Assembly: GCA_963843845.1 (NCBI GenBank)
Contig: CAWJMB010000002.1
Coordinates: 864,001 to 928,000, forward strand
DNA: 64,000 nucleotides
DNA from: an uncultured Gemmatimonadaceae bacterium
Lineage (GTDB): Bacteria > Gemmatimonadota > Gemmatimonadetes > Gemmatimonadales > Gemmatimonadaceae
Direction of reading: 5' to 3'
The position numbers and the translations under genes were made by a program. How positions within the stretch are numbered: the first letter of the stretch is position 1; the number at the start of each line of letters is the position of its first letter. The notes beneath the pieces were generated by a model that did not search any database, had not been told where the DNA came from, and saw nothing but the letters and a program-made list of their open reading frames with translations. Below are positions 29,556 to 39,885 of the stretch, piece by piece.

Positions 29556-30853
29556 GCGACAGAACGTCGGCTCTGCTCGCCCGCGGCGTCGACGCGGGCA
29601 TCATCTCGGCCGACCAGCGCGACGCCCTGCTCGCGCTCGACGCGCCGCTCGACGCGCCGCTCGACGCGCCGCGCGAACGCCGCCACCGTGCGCTCGACGG
29701 TGTCACGATCGCGTACGGACTCGGCGCCGCGCTCGTCGTCTTCGCGCTCGGCTGGTTTCTCGCCGACCGGTGGGAGCTGTTGGGCGCCGGCGGCGTGCTC
29801 GCCGTGGTGATCGCCTACGCGCTGCTGTTCGGCGTCGTCGCCTGGAAGCTCGCGCGCGAGCGCTTCCCGCTCGCCGCCGGCGTGGCGCTCGCGCTCGTCG
29901 TCTGCACGGCGCCGGTCGCCGGCTGGGCCCTGCTGCGCCTCACCGGCGAGTGGCCCGCCGAATCGACCGCGCTGGCGCGCTACGAGCCGTACGCGGCGAC
30001 GCGGCGGCTCGTCGTCGCGTTAGGCACCGTCCTCGCGGCGCTGCTCGTCGTGCGCGTGGTGCCGCGCGGCGCGGTGCGTCGGACGCCGGTGGCGATCCCG
30101 CTCGCCGCGGCGACCGCGTTCGCGCTCGTCGATGCCGCGCTGCTGCTCGCCCTCGCCGTCGGCGGCGCCGAGTCCCGGTGGGAGACGCGCGGCTGGGCGC
30201 CGCTCGCGGCGGGCGCCGCGCTGTTCGCGATGGCGTATGTGACGGACCGGCGCTCGCCGAACGACGAGTCGCGCGAGGACTTCGCGGCGTGGGTGTACGC
30301 CGCCTCGTGCGTCGCGTTCGAGTTCGGGTTCGTCGCGGTGTTCGACCTGTTCGGTCGCCACCACGTCGCACGCCACACGGTCGCGCTCGTCGCCCTCGCG
30401 CAGCTCGGCGCGGCGTCGCGATTGCAGCGCCGCGCGCTCCTCGTCGCCGGCGTCGGCAACGCGGTCTGGTACCTCGGCTACCTCGCGTTCGACGTGTTCC
30501 GCGACGTGCTGAGCTTCCCGTTCCTGCTCGCCACGTTCGGCGCCGCACTGCTCCTGGTGACGGTCATCGTGCAGCGGCGCTTCCCGTCGCTGCTCCGCCG
30601 GCGACCGTCAGGCGCCGGTGCACGCCCGACGCTGCCGGGCGGCGCCGTCACCGCGTGGCTCCCGCTCGCGCTCGTGCTCGCGCTGCTCCCGGCACATCTG
30701 GCCCACGTCGAGCGAACGCAGGCCGCGAACGAACGACGAGCGGCCGTCGAACGCACCCGGCTCCGGTCGGAGCGGCGTCGACGGCAGTCGGCTACCGATC
30801 CGCCGCCTTCGTCGCCGGCGCCGCCGCGTCGCGCGTCAGCACGTAGAAATTGA
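29552..30853 (+). CDS. DUF2157-like multi-pass membrane protein; start uncertain
   Basis: GVDAGIISADQRDAL N-terminus followed by many TM segments. Confidence 0.7.
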   Translation: MSDRTSALLARGVDAGIISADQRDALLALDAPLDAPLDAPRERRHRALDGVTIAYGLGAALVVFALGWFLADRWELLGAGGVLAVVIAYALLFGVVAWKLARERFPLAAGVALALVVCTAPVAGWALLRLTGEWPAESTALARYEPYAATRRLVVALGTVLAALLVVRVVPRGAVRRTPVAIPLAAATAFALVDAALLLALAVGGAESRWETRGWAPLAAGAALFAMAYVTDRRSPNDESREDFAAWVYAASCVAFEFGFVAVFDLFGRHHVARHTVALVALAQLGAASRLQRRALLVAGVGNAVWYLGYLAFDVFRDVLSFPFLLATFGAALLLVTVIVQRRFPSLLRRRPSGAGARPTLPGGAVTAWLPLALVLALLPAHLAHVERTQAANERRAAVERTRLRSERRRRQSATDPPPSSPAPPRRASARRN

Positions 30854-32490
30854 CGTCGACCGTCAGCGGTGCCTTCCCCCCGGGCGGCAGCGCGACCGTC
30901 TGCCACGCCGCCGTCGGCGTGATCCACCGCGCCTCGCCGCCGCCCACGCTCACCTTCACCGGCATCGCGAAGCCGGGCACGACGTCGACCTAGCGATAGG
31001 CGAGCGACGCGCCGTCGACGCGATACTCGATCGTCGGCGGGCGCGGTGTGCGGAGGTACTGATCGAACACCTTCGACAGATCGACCCCCGACTCGGCGCT
31101 GATGTAGTGCTCGATCTGCGCGCCCGTCACCGTCTGGTGACGGAACGTGCTCCCGACGCCGCGCAGGATGCCACGGAACGTCTCGTCGTCGCTCACGAGC
31201 TGGCGGATCGTGTGCAGCATGTTGCCGCCCTTCTCGTACATGTCGCCCGAGCCCTCGCGCTTCACCCCGTACGGACCGACGATCGGACTGTCGTTGCGAA
31301 TGAGCTTCCGGTTCCCCGCGTTGTACGCCGCGCCGGCCGCCGCGCCGAGCTGACACTCGGTGTAGAGCGTCTCGGAGTAGTTCGCGAAGCTCTCGTGCAC
31401 CCACATGTCGGCGACGTCCTTCGTCGTCACGTTGTTGCCGAACCACTCGTGCGCGCTCTCGTGCACGATGATGAAGTCCCACTGGAGCCCGAACCCCGAC
31501 TGTGACCGGTCGCGGCCGAGGTAGCCGTTCTGATAGCGGTTGCCGTAGGCGACCGCGCTCTGGTGCTCCATGCCGAGGTGCGGCGTCTCGACGAGCTTGT
31601 AGCCGTCGCCGTACCACGGGTACGGGCCGAACCAGCGCTCGAGGCAGGCGAGCATCGGCACGACCTGCGGCGAACTGATGCTCCGCGGCGCGACGGTGGT
31701 AGGCGAGCGGCTAGTAGTCGAGCGTCAGCACGCCCTGCTCGCCACGATAGACGTCGCCGAAGTGGTCGTACGTGCCGGCGTTGATCGCGACATCGTAGTT
31801 GTTGATCGGGTTCGTGACGAACCACTCCCACGTCGTCGTGCCGTCGCCGTGCGACGTCACCGCGCGCAGCCGCCCGTTGCCGACCTGCATCATCGGGTCG
31901 GGGAGGGTGATCGCGACCCGCTGCGAGTCGGGCTCGTCGGCCTGCGTGTCCTTGTTCGGCCACCACGCGCTCGCGCCGAGCCCCTGGTTCGCCGTCGCGA
32001 TCCACGCGCCGCCGAGGCTGTCCTGCTTCCAGGCGATCCCGCCGTCCCACGGCGGGTTCTTCGCGACACGCGGCCGGCCGTGGTAGTAGACGGTGAGCGT
32101 CCGCCGCTCGCCGGCGCGCTGCGGCGACGGGAGCGTGGCGAGGAACGCGTTGCCGTCGCGGCGATACGGGAGTCGCCGCCCGTCCTGCGTCATGCTGTCG
32201 ACCTCGAGCGGCTGCTGCAGGTCGATCTGCATCTCGCGCGCGGCGCGGAGCACCCGGTACGTGATCCCGTTCCACCCGCGGACCGTGCTGTCCCGCGGCG
32301 ACAGCGCGACGTGCAGGTCGTAGAACTCGACGTCCCACCACGCGCGCGCCGGCCCGATCGCCCCGCGCAGCGAGTCGGCGTGCGTGAACGGCCGAGCGGG
32401 TTGCGCACTGACCGTCGTCGCGAGCGCCACCGCCGCGACCGCGACCATCCGAAGCGATACAGTCACTGTGTCAGCCTGGTGAAAAGCCAT
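30792..32490 (-). CDS. M1 family aminopeptidase; two internal TAG and a frameshift
   Basis: GMEHQS, HESAHEWFGN...HESF, MYEKGG; signal peptide. Confidence 0.88.
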
Positions 32491-32505
32491 GTGGTCCCTG
32501 AACGC

Positions 32506-33981
32506 TCACATCGCCGCCCGTCGCCGCATGATCGCCTCGATCTCCCCGATCTCGCGCGGCGCCTTCGACAGTCGCTCCAGCCCTGTCGGCGTCACGAGGT
32601 AGTCGTCCTCGATCCGCACGCCGGTGTTCTCGTACTTCGCGACGGATCGGCCGAACGCGCGCCACGAACGCGCGGTTGCGCGGGCGTGTCCGGCAGCATG
32701 TCGAGCAGTCGCGTGCTCAGGTAGATCCCCGGCTCGATCGTGAACACGTCGCCCGCCTCGTACACTTTCGCCCCGTCGTAGAACTGTGCCGGGTCGTGCA
32801 CCGCGAGCCCGATGCCGTGGCTGATGCCGTGGATCGTGAACAGCATCGCCTGCGTGCACGACACGGGCGTCCGCTCGCAGTTCGTCTTCCACGGCAGGTC
32901 GATGCGCGCGGTCGACGCTGTCGACGAGGCCCAACGCCGCGAGCCCGCGAGCCTGCGCCTCGAACGCCGCCTGCGTCGCGCCCGACGCCGGCTTGCCCGG
33001 ACCCGACCGCGCGCTCCGCCGCCGTCTGCGCGTCGCGCACGATCTGGTAGATCTGCACGCTGCGCCGACGTGTACGTGCCGCTCACCGGGATCGTCCGCG
33101 TCACGTCCGCCGAGTAGCCCTCGTACTCGGCGCCCATGTCCATGACGACGAGGTCGCCCGCCTTGAGCGGCCCGCGGTTGCGCATGTAGTGCAGCTGCGT
33201 GCCGTTCGCGCCGGAGCCGACGATCGAGCCGTAGCCGGGGCGCGCCGCCCCGCCGCGCAGAAACGCGCGCTCCGCCTCTCCCTGCAAGTCGTACTCGTGC
33301 AGCCCCGGCGCCGCGGCGCGCATCGCCGCGCGGTGCCCCTCGTCGCTGATGGCGACCGCGCGGCGCAGCAGCGCGATCTCCGCCTCGCTCTTCCGCGCCC
33401 GCAGCGCGTCGACGAGCGGATGCGCGTCGCGCACGACGGCGCCGGGCTGGCGGGCGTGCAGCGCGCGGACGAACATCGTGCCGCGCGTCAGGCTGTCCTC
33501 CTGCGCGAAGTCGGCGTCGGCGAAGTCGTGGAGCGTGTACAGGGGCAGCCCGGTGCGGACGAGCGAGTCGATCGTCGGCTGCAAGCGCGTCGGGCGAGCG
33601 GACGCCGACGCCGGTGAGCGCTGCCGTCTCGACCGAGTCCGGGCGCCGGCCGTAGTAGAGCGACATCCGCGGCTCGGCCGGCGTGACGAACAGCGTGGAC
33701 GTCCCACGCCCGCCGTGCACGACCATCACGAACGCCGCGTCGGGCTCGTCGAAGTTCGTGAGGTAGTGGAACGCCGGGAGCTGGAAGAACGCCCCGAAGT
33801 CGGCCACCGGTGTCCGCCCGCCGAACGCGAGCACGACGCCCTCCTTCACGCGCGCCGCCAGCGAGTCCCGGCGCGCCGCGAACTCGGCACGCGGAATCGA
33901 TGATTGGGCGGTCGCATGGCCAGCGACCATGAGGAGCGAGAGCGCCAGGACGACGCCGGGCACGCGGCGAGTGGACGGCAT
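32506..33981 (-). CDS. Xaa-Pro aminopeptidase (M24B), frameshifted
   Basis: FHYLTNFDEPDA, RARKSEAEI, LHY, DMGAE..GYSADVTRT, HGISHGIGLAVHD, TIEPGIY, GVRIEDD. Confidence 0.9.
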   Translation of the reverse strand: MPSTRRVPGVVLALSLLMVAGHATAQSSIPRAEFAARRDSLAARVKEGVVLAFGGRTPVADFGAFFQLPAFHYLTNFDEPDAAFVMVVHGGRGTSTLFVTPAEPRMSLYYGRRPDSVETAALTGVGVRSPDALAADDRLARPHRAAPVHAPRLRRRRLRAGGQPDARHDVRPRAARPPARRRRARRASARRRAAGAEERGGDRAAAPRGRHQRRGAPRGDARRGAGAARVRLAGRGGARVSARRGGAPRLRLDRRLRRERHAAALHAQPRAAQGGRPRRHGHGRRVRGLLGGRDADDPGERHVHVGAACRSTRSCATRRRRRSARSGPGKPASGATQAAFEAQARGLAALGLVDSVDRAHRPAVEDELRADARVVHAGDAVHDPRHQPRHRARGARPGTVLRRGESVRGGRRVHDRAGDLPEHATARHAAGHARATARSWRAFGRSVAKYENTGVRIEDDYLVTPTGLERLSKAPREIGEIEAIMRRRAAM

Positions 33982-34194
33982 GAGCGAAGGGAGAGGAGAC
34001 GGCCGGGGGGCACGCGCTCGAGCGACGCGGAGCGACGTGGAGCGATGAGCTACTCGGAGGAACGATGCGGCCCGTCGGCGGGCCGCGCCACCGCGCAACG
34101 TTTGACTACCCTCGGTGTGTCACAGAAGCCGGCCTACGGTGGAAACCCCTCGCGCGACGACGCCGTACAGAAGGCCGACCCATCTCGCCCTGCC

Positions 34195-37026
34195 ATGCCT
34201 CTTCTGTCGTTCCTCGTGCTCGCCGCGCACACGGCGTCGGCGCAGCCGCCTGCCGTGTCACCCGCCTCGCCTGCGTCCCCTCCGCCAGCCACGTCGCAGA
34301 CGTCGGCCGACTCGTCGCGTCGCGCGCGACGCCGTGCGCCGCGCTCCGCGCCCGTCACCCCGGAGCTCGACCGCACCGCGTTCGCCGACGCCGGCGCGCG
34401 CACGCTCCTCGGCAGAGCGCGCGTCGCCCACACGGCGCAGGACTCGGCGCTTCGCGCATACGACGCGAAGACCTACCAGCGCATCTCGGTCGGCATGGGG
34501 CTCCGCCGCCTCGGCCGCGATCGCATGCTGTTCCGCGGGGAGCAGACGGCGAACGTGTCGTGGGACCGCGGGCGCGGCGTGACGACGCGCACGACCGGCG
34601 CGCGCGCCGTCTCTCCGGTCATCACGAAGGAGGAAGGGAGCGTCGACGCCGATCTGAACGGCGCCGCGCCGATCCCGTACTTCCCAGGCCGCGAGACGCT
34701 CTGGATCCCGTCCGGCCGCGGCCTCGCCCGCGCCGAGGTCGACGACCGCGAGTTCGTGCACCCGCTCGCCGTCGGCGCCGAGGCGTACTACCGCTACGCG
34801 ACCGGCGACTCGATCACCGTGAAGCTGCCCGACGGCCGCGCGATCGCGCTGCGCGAGATGCGGATCACCGCGCGCCGCCCCGACTGGCATCTGTTCGTCG
34901 GCTCGTTCTGGTTCGATACGGAGAGCGGGCAGCTCGTGCGCGCCGCCTATCGCATGTCGGTCGACATGGACGTCTGGGACGTCGCGAGCGAGGAGAGCCA
35001 GCGCGGCCTCGCGGAGGCGCTCGAGCGGGCGCGACTCGACACGAACGCGGCGCGCCGTGGGAAGGCCGAAGCCGCCGCGCGGAGGGAGGCGAGAGACGAC
35101 GAGGCGCCGGGGTGGGTCAAGGGGCTCCTGAGCCCGATGCGCGCCACGATCTCGGCCGTCACCGTCGAGTACGGGCTGCATCAGGGGCGCTTCTGGATGC
35201 CGCGCCAGAACGTCGCCGAGGGAGAGGCGCAGGCGGGGTTCCTGCGCATCCCGATCAAGTTCGAGGAGTCGTTCCGCTACGACCGCGTCGTCGGCGACGA
35301 TTTCACGCTCGGCGTGCCGGGGCGGCCGACGCCGGCCGTGGCAGGCGGGGTGCCGAACGCCGCGAACGGATCGCCGAACGCCGCGAACGGAGCGCCCGAC
35401 GGTCCGCCGGAACGCGCGTTCGATCCGGCCGCCGTCGCGGCGCGCCTCGCCGCCGCGCGCACGCTCCGCGACTCCGCGCTCGCGCTCGATCCGCCGGACG
35501 ACTCGTCGATGACCGTCGCCGTGAACGTCAACTTCGGTGGCTCCACCCGGAACGGCCGCACCCGCACGCCTGCCGAGCGCGCGGCCGTCGTCGACTCGGC
35601 GATCCGCCGCCACATCGCGCGCGCCGACACCCTGACCCGGCGCGCCGACTCGCTCTCGAACGTGGGCGAGGCGACGCGGGCGCGCGACGCGCGGGCCTCG
35701 GCGCGCGGCAACCTGCGGCGCGCCGCGCTGCTCGTGCGCCGCGAGGTGCAGTGCGCGACCGACAGCACCTACGACGCCGGCACGCGCCGGCTGTACGACG
35801 GCGATCTGCGGGTTCGCGTGCAGGCGACGTGCACCCCGCGCCAGCTCGCGTCGTCCCCGGAGCTGCCCGACTCGCCGTACGGCGACGGCGACGAGTGGTT
35901 CACGACGACCGACCGCGACGCGCTCGTCAGGGCGCTCGACCTGTCGCTCCAGCCGGGATGGGGGCCGCAGCCGATCCAGTGGCGGCGCGGGCTCGCGCTC
36001 GCGCGCTACAACCGCGTCGAGGGGCTGTCGAGCGGCGTCGAGGCGACGTCGGTGCTCGGCCTCGGCTACACCGCGACCGCTGCGGCCCGGATCGGCGTCG
36101 CCGACTGGGTGCCGAACGGCGAGCTGTCGATCAGTCGCACCGACGGCCGCCGCACGATCCGCCTCGGGGCGTTCCACCGGCTCGGCGTCGCGAACGACGA
36201 CTGGGGATCGCCCCTCTCGTTCGGCGCGTCGGTCGCGGCGCTGCTCTACAGCCGCGACGAAGGGTTCTTCTACCGCACGTTCGGCGCGGAGCTGGCCGGT
36301 ACGCGCGACGCGCCCTTCTTCGGTGCGACCGTCGACTGGCGCCTGTTCGGCGAGCGCCAGCGCACGGCGGGGGTCGAGCCGGAGACGCAGTTCTCGCTGC
36401 GCAACGCGGTCGGCACCGCGCGCTTCATCGACAACATCGCCGCGCAGCAGGTGACGCTCGGCGGCGGGGCGCTCGGACTCACGCGCACGTTCGGGCAGGA
36501 CCCGCGCGCGCTGCGCCTGTTCTCGCGCGCGCGGCTCGAGGGCGCGGCGGCGAAGGGCGCGACGCTCGCCGACGGCAACGTCACGGGCTACGGGCGCGCG
36601 CTGCTCGACGCGACGCTGTCGCGCAACGTGGGTCCACTCGGTGTCGCGCTCACCGGCGCGGGCGGCGGCATCGCCGGCGACGCACCGACGCAGCGGATGT
36701 TCTACATCGGCGGGCAGCAGACGGTGCGCGGACAGTTCGCGCAGCCGACGAACGCCGCCGGCGGCGTGGCGAGCGGCTACGTCGGCGACGCCTTCTGGCT
36801 CGGCCGCGCCGAGGTCGGAACGACGAGCGTCGGGGCGCGGCCGGTCGTGTTCTTCGACATGGGGTGGGCCGGGCCACGCGCCGACTTCGCGCATCCAGGG
36901 CGGCCGCTCACGGGTTACGGCGTCGGGCTGTCCTTCCTCGACGGTCTCGTCCGGACCGACCTGTCGCGCGGCATCCATCCGCAGAAGCGGACCCGCTTCG
37001 ACCTGTACGTGGAGGCGCGCTTCTGA
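34195..37026 (+). CDS. Large exported protein with C-terminal outer-membrane beta-barrel
   Basis: Signal peptide, RYNRVEGL, IGGQQTVRG, FFDMGWAG, GYGVGLSFLDGLVR, terminal Phe. Confidence 0.75.
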   Translation: MPLLSFLVLAAHTASAQPPAVSPASPASPPPATSQTSADSSRRARRRAPRSAPVTPELDRTAFADAGARTLLGRARVAHTAQDSALRAYDAKTYQRISVGMGLRRLGRDRMLFRGEQTANVSWDRGRGVTTRTTGARAVSPVITKEEGSVDADLNGAAPIPYFPGRETLWIPSGRGLARAEVDDREFVHPLAVGAEAYYRYATGDSITVKLPDGRAIALREMRITARRPDWHLFVGSFWFDTESGQLVRAAYRMSVDMDVWDVASEESQRGLAEALERARLDTNAARRGKAEAAARREARDDEAPGWVKGLLSPMRATISAVTVEYGLHQGRFWMPRQNVAEGEAQAGFLRIPIKFEESFRYDRVVGDDFTLGVPGRPTPAVAGGVPNAANGSPNAANGAPDGPPERAFDPAAVAARLAAARTLRDSALALDPPDDSSMTVAVNVNFGGSTRNGRTRTPAERAAVVDSAIRRHIARADTLTRRADSLSNVGEATRARDARASARGNLRRAALLVRREVQCATDSTYDAGTRRLYDGDLRVRVQATCTPRQLASSPELPDSPYGDGDEWFTTTDRDALVRALDLSLQPGWGPQPIQWRRGLALARYNRVEGLSSGVEATSVLGLGYTATAAARIGVADWVPNGELSISRTDGRRTIRLGAFHRLGVANDDWGSPLSFGASVAALLYSRDEGFFYRTFGAELAGTRDAPFFGATVDWRLFGERQRTAGVEPETQFSLRNAVGTARFIDNIAAQQVTLGGGALGLTRTFGQDPRALRLFSRARLEGAAAKGATLADGNVTGYGRALLDATLSRNVGPLGVALTGAGGGIAGDAPTQRMFYIGGQQTVRGQFAQPTNAAGGVASGYVGDAFWLGRAEVGTTSVGARPVVFFDMGWAGPRADFAHPGRPLTGYGVGLSFLDGLVRTDLSRGIHPQKRTRFDLYVEARF

Positions 37027-37051
37027 TCGCGACGTGAGGATGTGACGCAGG

Positions 37052-37081
37052 ACTTGAATTCAGGATTTCGACAATTCAAGT
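37052..37081. promoter_or_regulatory. AT-rich inverted repeat, candidate operator
   Basis: ACTTGAATT-N12-AATTCAAGT ending 8 bp before ATG 37090. Confidence 0.55.
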
Positions 37082-37089
37082 TCTGAGAT

Positions 37090-38106
37090 ATGATCGGCAT
37101 CTATCACGAGCACCCCGACTGGTTCCGCCCACTGTTCGCCGAGCTCGAACGGCGTGGCGTCCCGTACGAGCGCATCGACGCGGCAGCCCACGGCTACGAC
37201 CCCTCCGAGCGCGAGGTCCCCTGGTCCCTCGTCGTGAACCGCGCGTCGCCGTCCGCCTATCTGCGCGACGCGCGCCAGACGACGTTCCACACGCTGCACT
37301 GGCTTCGCCACCTCGAGCGCCTCGGCGTGCCGGTCGTGAACGGGTCGGCGGCGTACGGCCTCGAGCTGTCGAAGGCGACGCAGTGCGACGTCCTGGAAGA
37401 GCTGGGGATCGCGTATCCGGCGACGCGCGTCATCAACAGCGCGGCGCGCGCGGTCGAGGCGGCGCGCGCGCTGCGCTACCCGGTGCTCGTGAAGGCCAAC
37501 GTCGGCGGCAGCGGCGCGGGCATCGTGCGCTACGACAGCGAGGCGCAGCTCGCGGCCGCCGTTGCAGCTGACACCCTCGACCTCGGCGTCGACGGCACGG
37601 CGCTCGTGCAGGAGTACGCGCCGCTGCGCGACGGCCGCATCACGCGAGTGGAAACGTTGGGCGGCGACTACCTCTACGCGATCGACGTCTACCCGGCCGA
37701 CACGGGCTTCAACCTCTGCCCGGCCGACGCGTGCATCACCGGCGACGGCGTCGAGCTGTCGCGCGGCGCCTGCGCGCTCGACGCGCCGAAGAACGGCCTC
37801 CGCGTCGAGCGCGCCGACCCGCCGGCCGAGATCGTCGACGCGATCGAGCGCATCGCGCGCCGCACGCAGCTCGACGTCGGCGGCATCGAGTACCTGATCG
37901 ACGACCGAGACGGCCGGCCATACGTCTACGACGTCAATGCGCTCTCGAACTTCGTCGCCGACGCGCCGAACGTCGTCGGGTTCGATCCGTGGGTGAATCT
38001 GGTCGATTATCTCGAGCGCCGGTTGTCGGGGAGCGGGGATCGGGGACCGGTTGTCGACGCCTCCCGATCCCCGGTCCCCGATCCCCGGCTCCTCGGAGTC
38101 GGCTGA
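37090..38106 (+). CDS. RimK-like ATP-grasp ligase
   Basis: PVVNG, YPVLVKANVGGSGAGI, LVQEY, GGIEYL, YDVNALSNF. Confidence 0.85.
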   Translation: MIGIYHEHPDWFRPLFAELERRGVPYERIDAAAHGYDPSEREVPWSLVVNRASPSAYLRDARQTTFHTLHWLRHLERLGVPVVNGSAAYGLELSKATQCDVLEELGIAYPATRVINSAARAVEAARALRYPVLVKANVGGSGAGIVRYDSEAQLAAAVAADTLDLGVDGTALVQEYAPLRDGRITRVETLGGDYLYAIDVYPADTGFNLCPADACITGDGVELSRGACALDAPKNGLRVERADPPAEIVDAIERIARRTQLDVGGIEYLIDDRDGRPYVYDVNALSNFVADAPNVVGFDPWVNLVDYLERRLSGSGDRGPVVDASRSPVPDPRLLGVG

Positions 38107-39155
38107 TGCGCTACGGCTACTGGATGCCCGTCTTCGGCGGCTGGCTGCGCAACGTCGGCGACGAAGGGATGGACGCCTCGTGGAGCTACGTGCGGCGCCT
38201 CGCGCGCCGCAGCGAGGAGATCGGCTACGACCTCACCCTCGTCGCCGAGCTGTTCCTGAACGACATCAAGGGGATCGACGCGCCGTCGCTCGAGTCGTGG
38301 AGTCTGTCGGCGGCGCTCGCCGCGGTCACCGAGCGGCTCGAGCTGATGGTCGCCGTCCGCCCGACGTTCCACCCGCCGGCGATCTTCGCGAAGCAGGCCG
38401 CGACGCTCGACCAGATCAGCGGCGGGCGCCTGTCGCTCAACGTCGTGTCGAGCTGGTGGGCCGACGAGGCGCGCCGCTACGGCGTGCAGTTCGACGCGCA
38501 CGACGACCGCTACGCGCGTACCGCGGAGTGGCTCGACGTGCTCTACGGCGCCTGGGAGGAGGAGCGCTTCACCTACCGCGGCCGCTACTACTCGGCCGAG
38601 GAGACGGTGCTCGCGCCGAAGCCGTTTCGCCGCCCTCGCCCGACGATCTACGCCGGGGGCGAGAGCGAGGCGGCGAAGGAGCTCATCGCGCGGCGGTGCG
38701 ACGCGTACGTCATGCACGGCGACCCGGTCGATGTCATCGCGGCGCGCGTCGCCGATCTCCGGGCGCGGCGCGAGCGGGCCGAGCTGCCGCCGATGTCGTT
38801 CGGCATGGCCGCGTATGCGATCGTGCGTTCCACGGAGGCCGAGGCGCGCCGCGAGCTGCGGCGTGTGACGAACGTCGAGCCCGGGTCGCCCGGCTACGGC
38901 AACTATCAGGACTGGGTCGCGAACACGCAGCTCGAGCGGCGCACCTCGCTCGAAGACTACTCCGTCTCGAACCGCGGCCTGCGCGCCGGCTTCGTCGGCA
39001 CGCCCGAGCAGGTGGCGGAGCGGGTGCGCGCGTATCAGGCGGTCGGCGTCGACCTCGTGTTGTTGCAGTGCAGCCCGCAGCTCGAAGAGATGGAGCGCTT
39101 CGCGGCCGACGTCATGCCGCTCGTCGACCGGCGCGCGTCGGCGCGGGCCGCCTGA
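38106..39155 (+). CDS. Luciferase-like flavin monooxygenase (SfnG/SsuD-like)
   Basis: YWMPVFGG, LAAVTERLELMVAVRP, DQISGGRLSLNVVS, YAGGES, VGTPEQVA; TGATG overlap. Confidence 0.9.
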   Translation: MRYGYWMPVFGGWLRNVGDEGMDASWSYVRRLARRSEEIGYDLTLVAELFLNDIKGIDAPSLESWSLSAALAAVTERLELMVAVRPTFHPPAIFAKQAATLDQISGGRLSLNVVSSWWADEARRYGVQFDAHDDRYARTAEWLDVLYGAWEEERFTYRGRYYSAEETVLAPKPFRRPRPTIYAGGESEAAKELIARRCDAYVMHGDPVDVIAARVADLRARRERAELPPMSFGMAAYAIVRSTEAEARRELRRVTNVEPGSPGYGNYQDWVANTQLERRTSLEDYSVSNRGLRAGFVGTPEQVAERVRAYQAVGVDLVLLQCSPQLEEMERFAADVMPLVDRRASARAA

Positions 39156-39180
39156 CGATCGCCGCACGCTGACCGAACGC

Positions 39181-39211
39181 AGAACGGCGACCTCGGTGAG
39201 GTCGCCGTTCT
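39181..39211. terminator. 14-bp perfect hairpin between convergent genes
   Basis: AGAACGGCGACCTC-GGT-GAGGTCGCCGTTCT. Confidence 0.7.
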
Positions 39212-39230
39212 CGTCGATCGGGGCCCGCCG

Positions 39231-39698
39231 TTACTGCGGCCCGAGCAGCGTCTGGCAGTGGTCCGCGAGCGTCGCCGTGTCGATCACCTTGCCGTCCGCG
39301 CCGCGCCACCCCCAGCGGTCGTCGGGCATCGGTGCCGGCTCGAGCACGACCGACGAGAGCGCGACCGCGCCGGCCGCCTCACGCGTCGCCGAGCCGGGGC
39401 GCGAGACCGTGCCGTTCCAGGTGGTGACTTGCAGCTCGCCGAGCGCCGGCTGGAGCGACGAGGCCGGGAACCAGGAGACCGTCACCGCGCGCACCGCTCC
39501 CTGCAGAATGCAGCCGCGCGGTGTGCGCAGGCGGCGGAGCGTCGGCGTCGCGGGCTCGGCGCCGCGGGCCGGCGGACGTTCCGGGGCGAGCGCGTCGAGC
39601 AAATGTCCGACGGCGTGCTGCACGCCGTTCCGCTGCTTTACCGTCGGCCAGCCAGCGAGTCCCGCGGCGGCGCCGTCGAGCGTTTCCATGTCTTGCAT
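39231..39698 (-). CDS. Hypothetical protein
   Basis: GGAGGG RBS; protein-like composition. Confidence 0.6.
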   Translation of the reverse strand: MQDMETLDGAAAGLAGWPTVKQRNGVQHAVGHLLDALAPERPPARGAEPATPTLRRLRTPRGCILQGAVRAVTVSWFPASSLQPALGELQVTTWNGTVSRPGSATREAAGAVALSSVVLEPAPMPDDRWGWRGADGKVIDTATLADHCQTLLGPQ

Positions 39699-39885
39699 GT
39701 GATCCCTCCATCACGAGCCAAGGGCCGCGCAGCGTACCCGCACGAACCCGCGGCGGCCGCACGACCTCGCGCGACCACACCGCCCGAAAAAAACGACCGG
39801 CGCGCCGCGAGCGAACCTCGCCCGGCGCGCCTCGCACCCGCCGCGCGCGACGCCGACGAGCGGCTCGCGGTGCGGCGGTCGACGC

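Noticed and set aside
30990..31713. Amber recoding: two in-frame TAG at probable Trp positions in the M1 peptidase (DY*PL, YR*VD)
   Set aside because: TAG is a normal stop elsewhere in the window and both sites lie in the error-rich block; TGG-to-TAG miscalls are more likely
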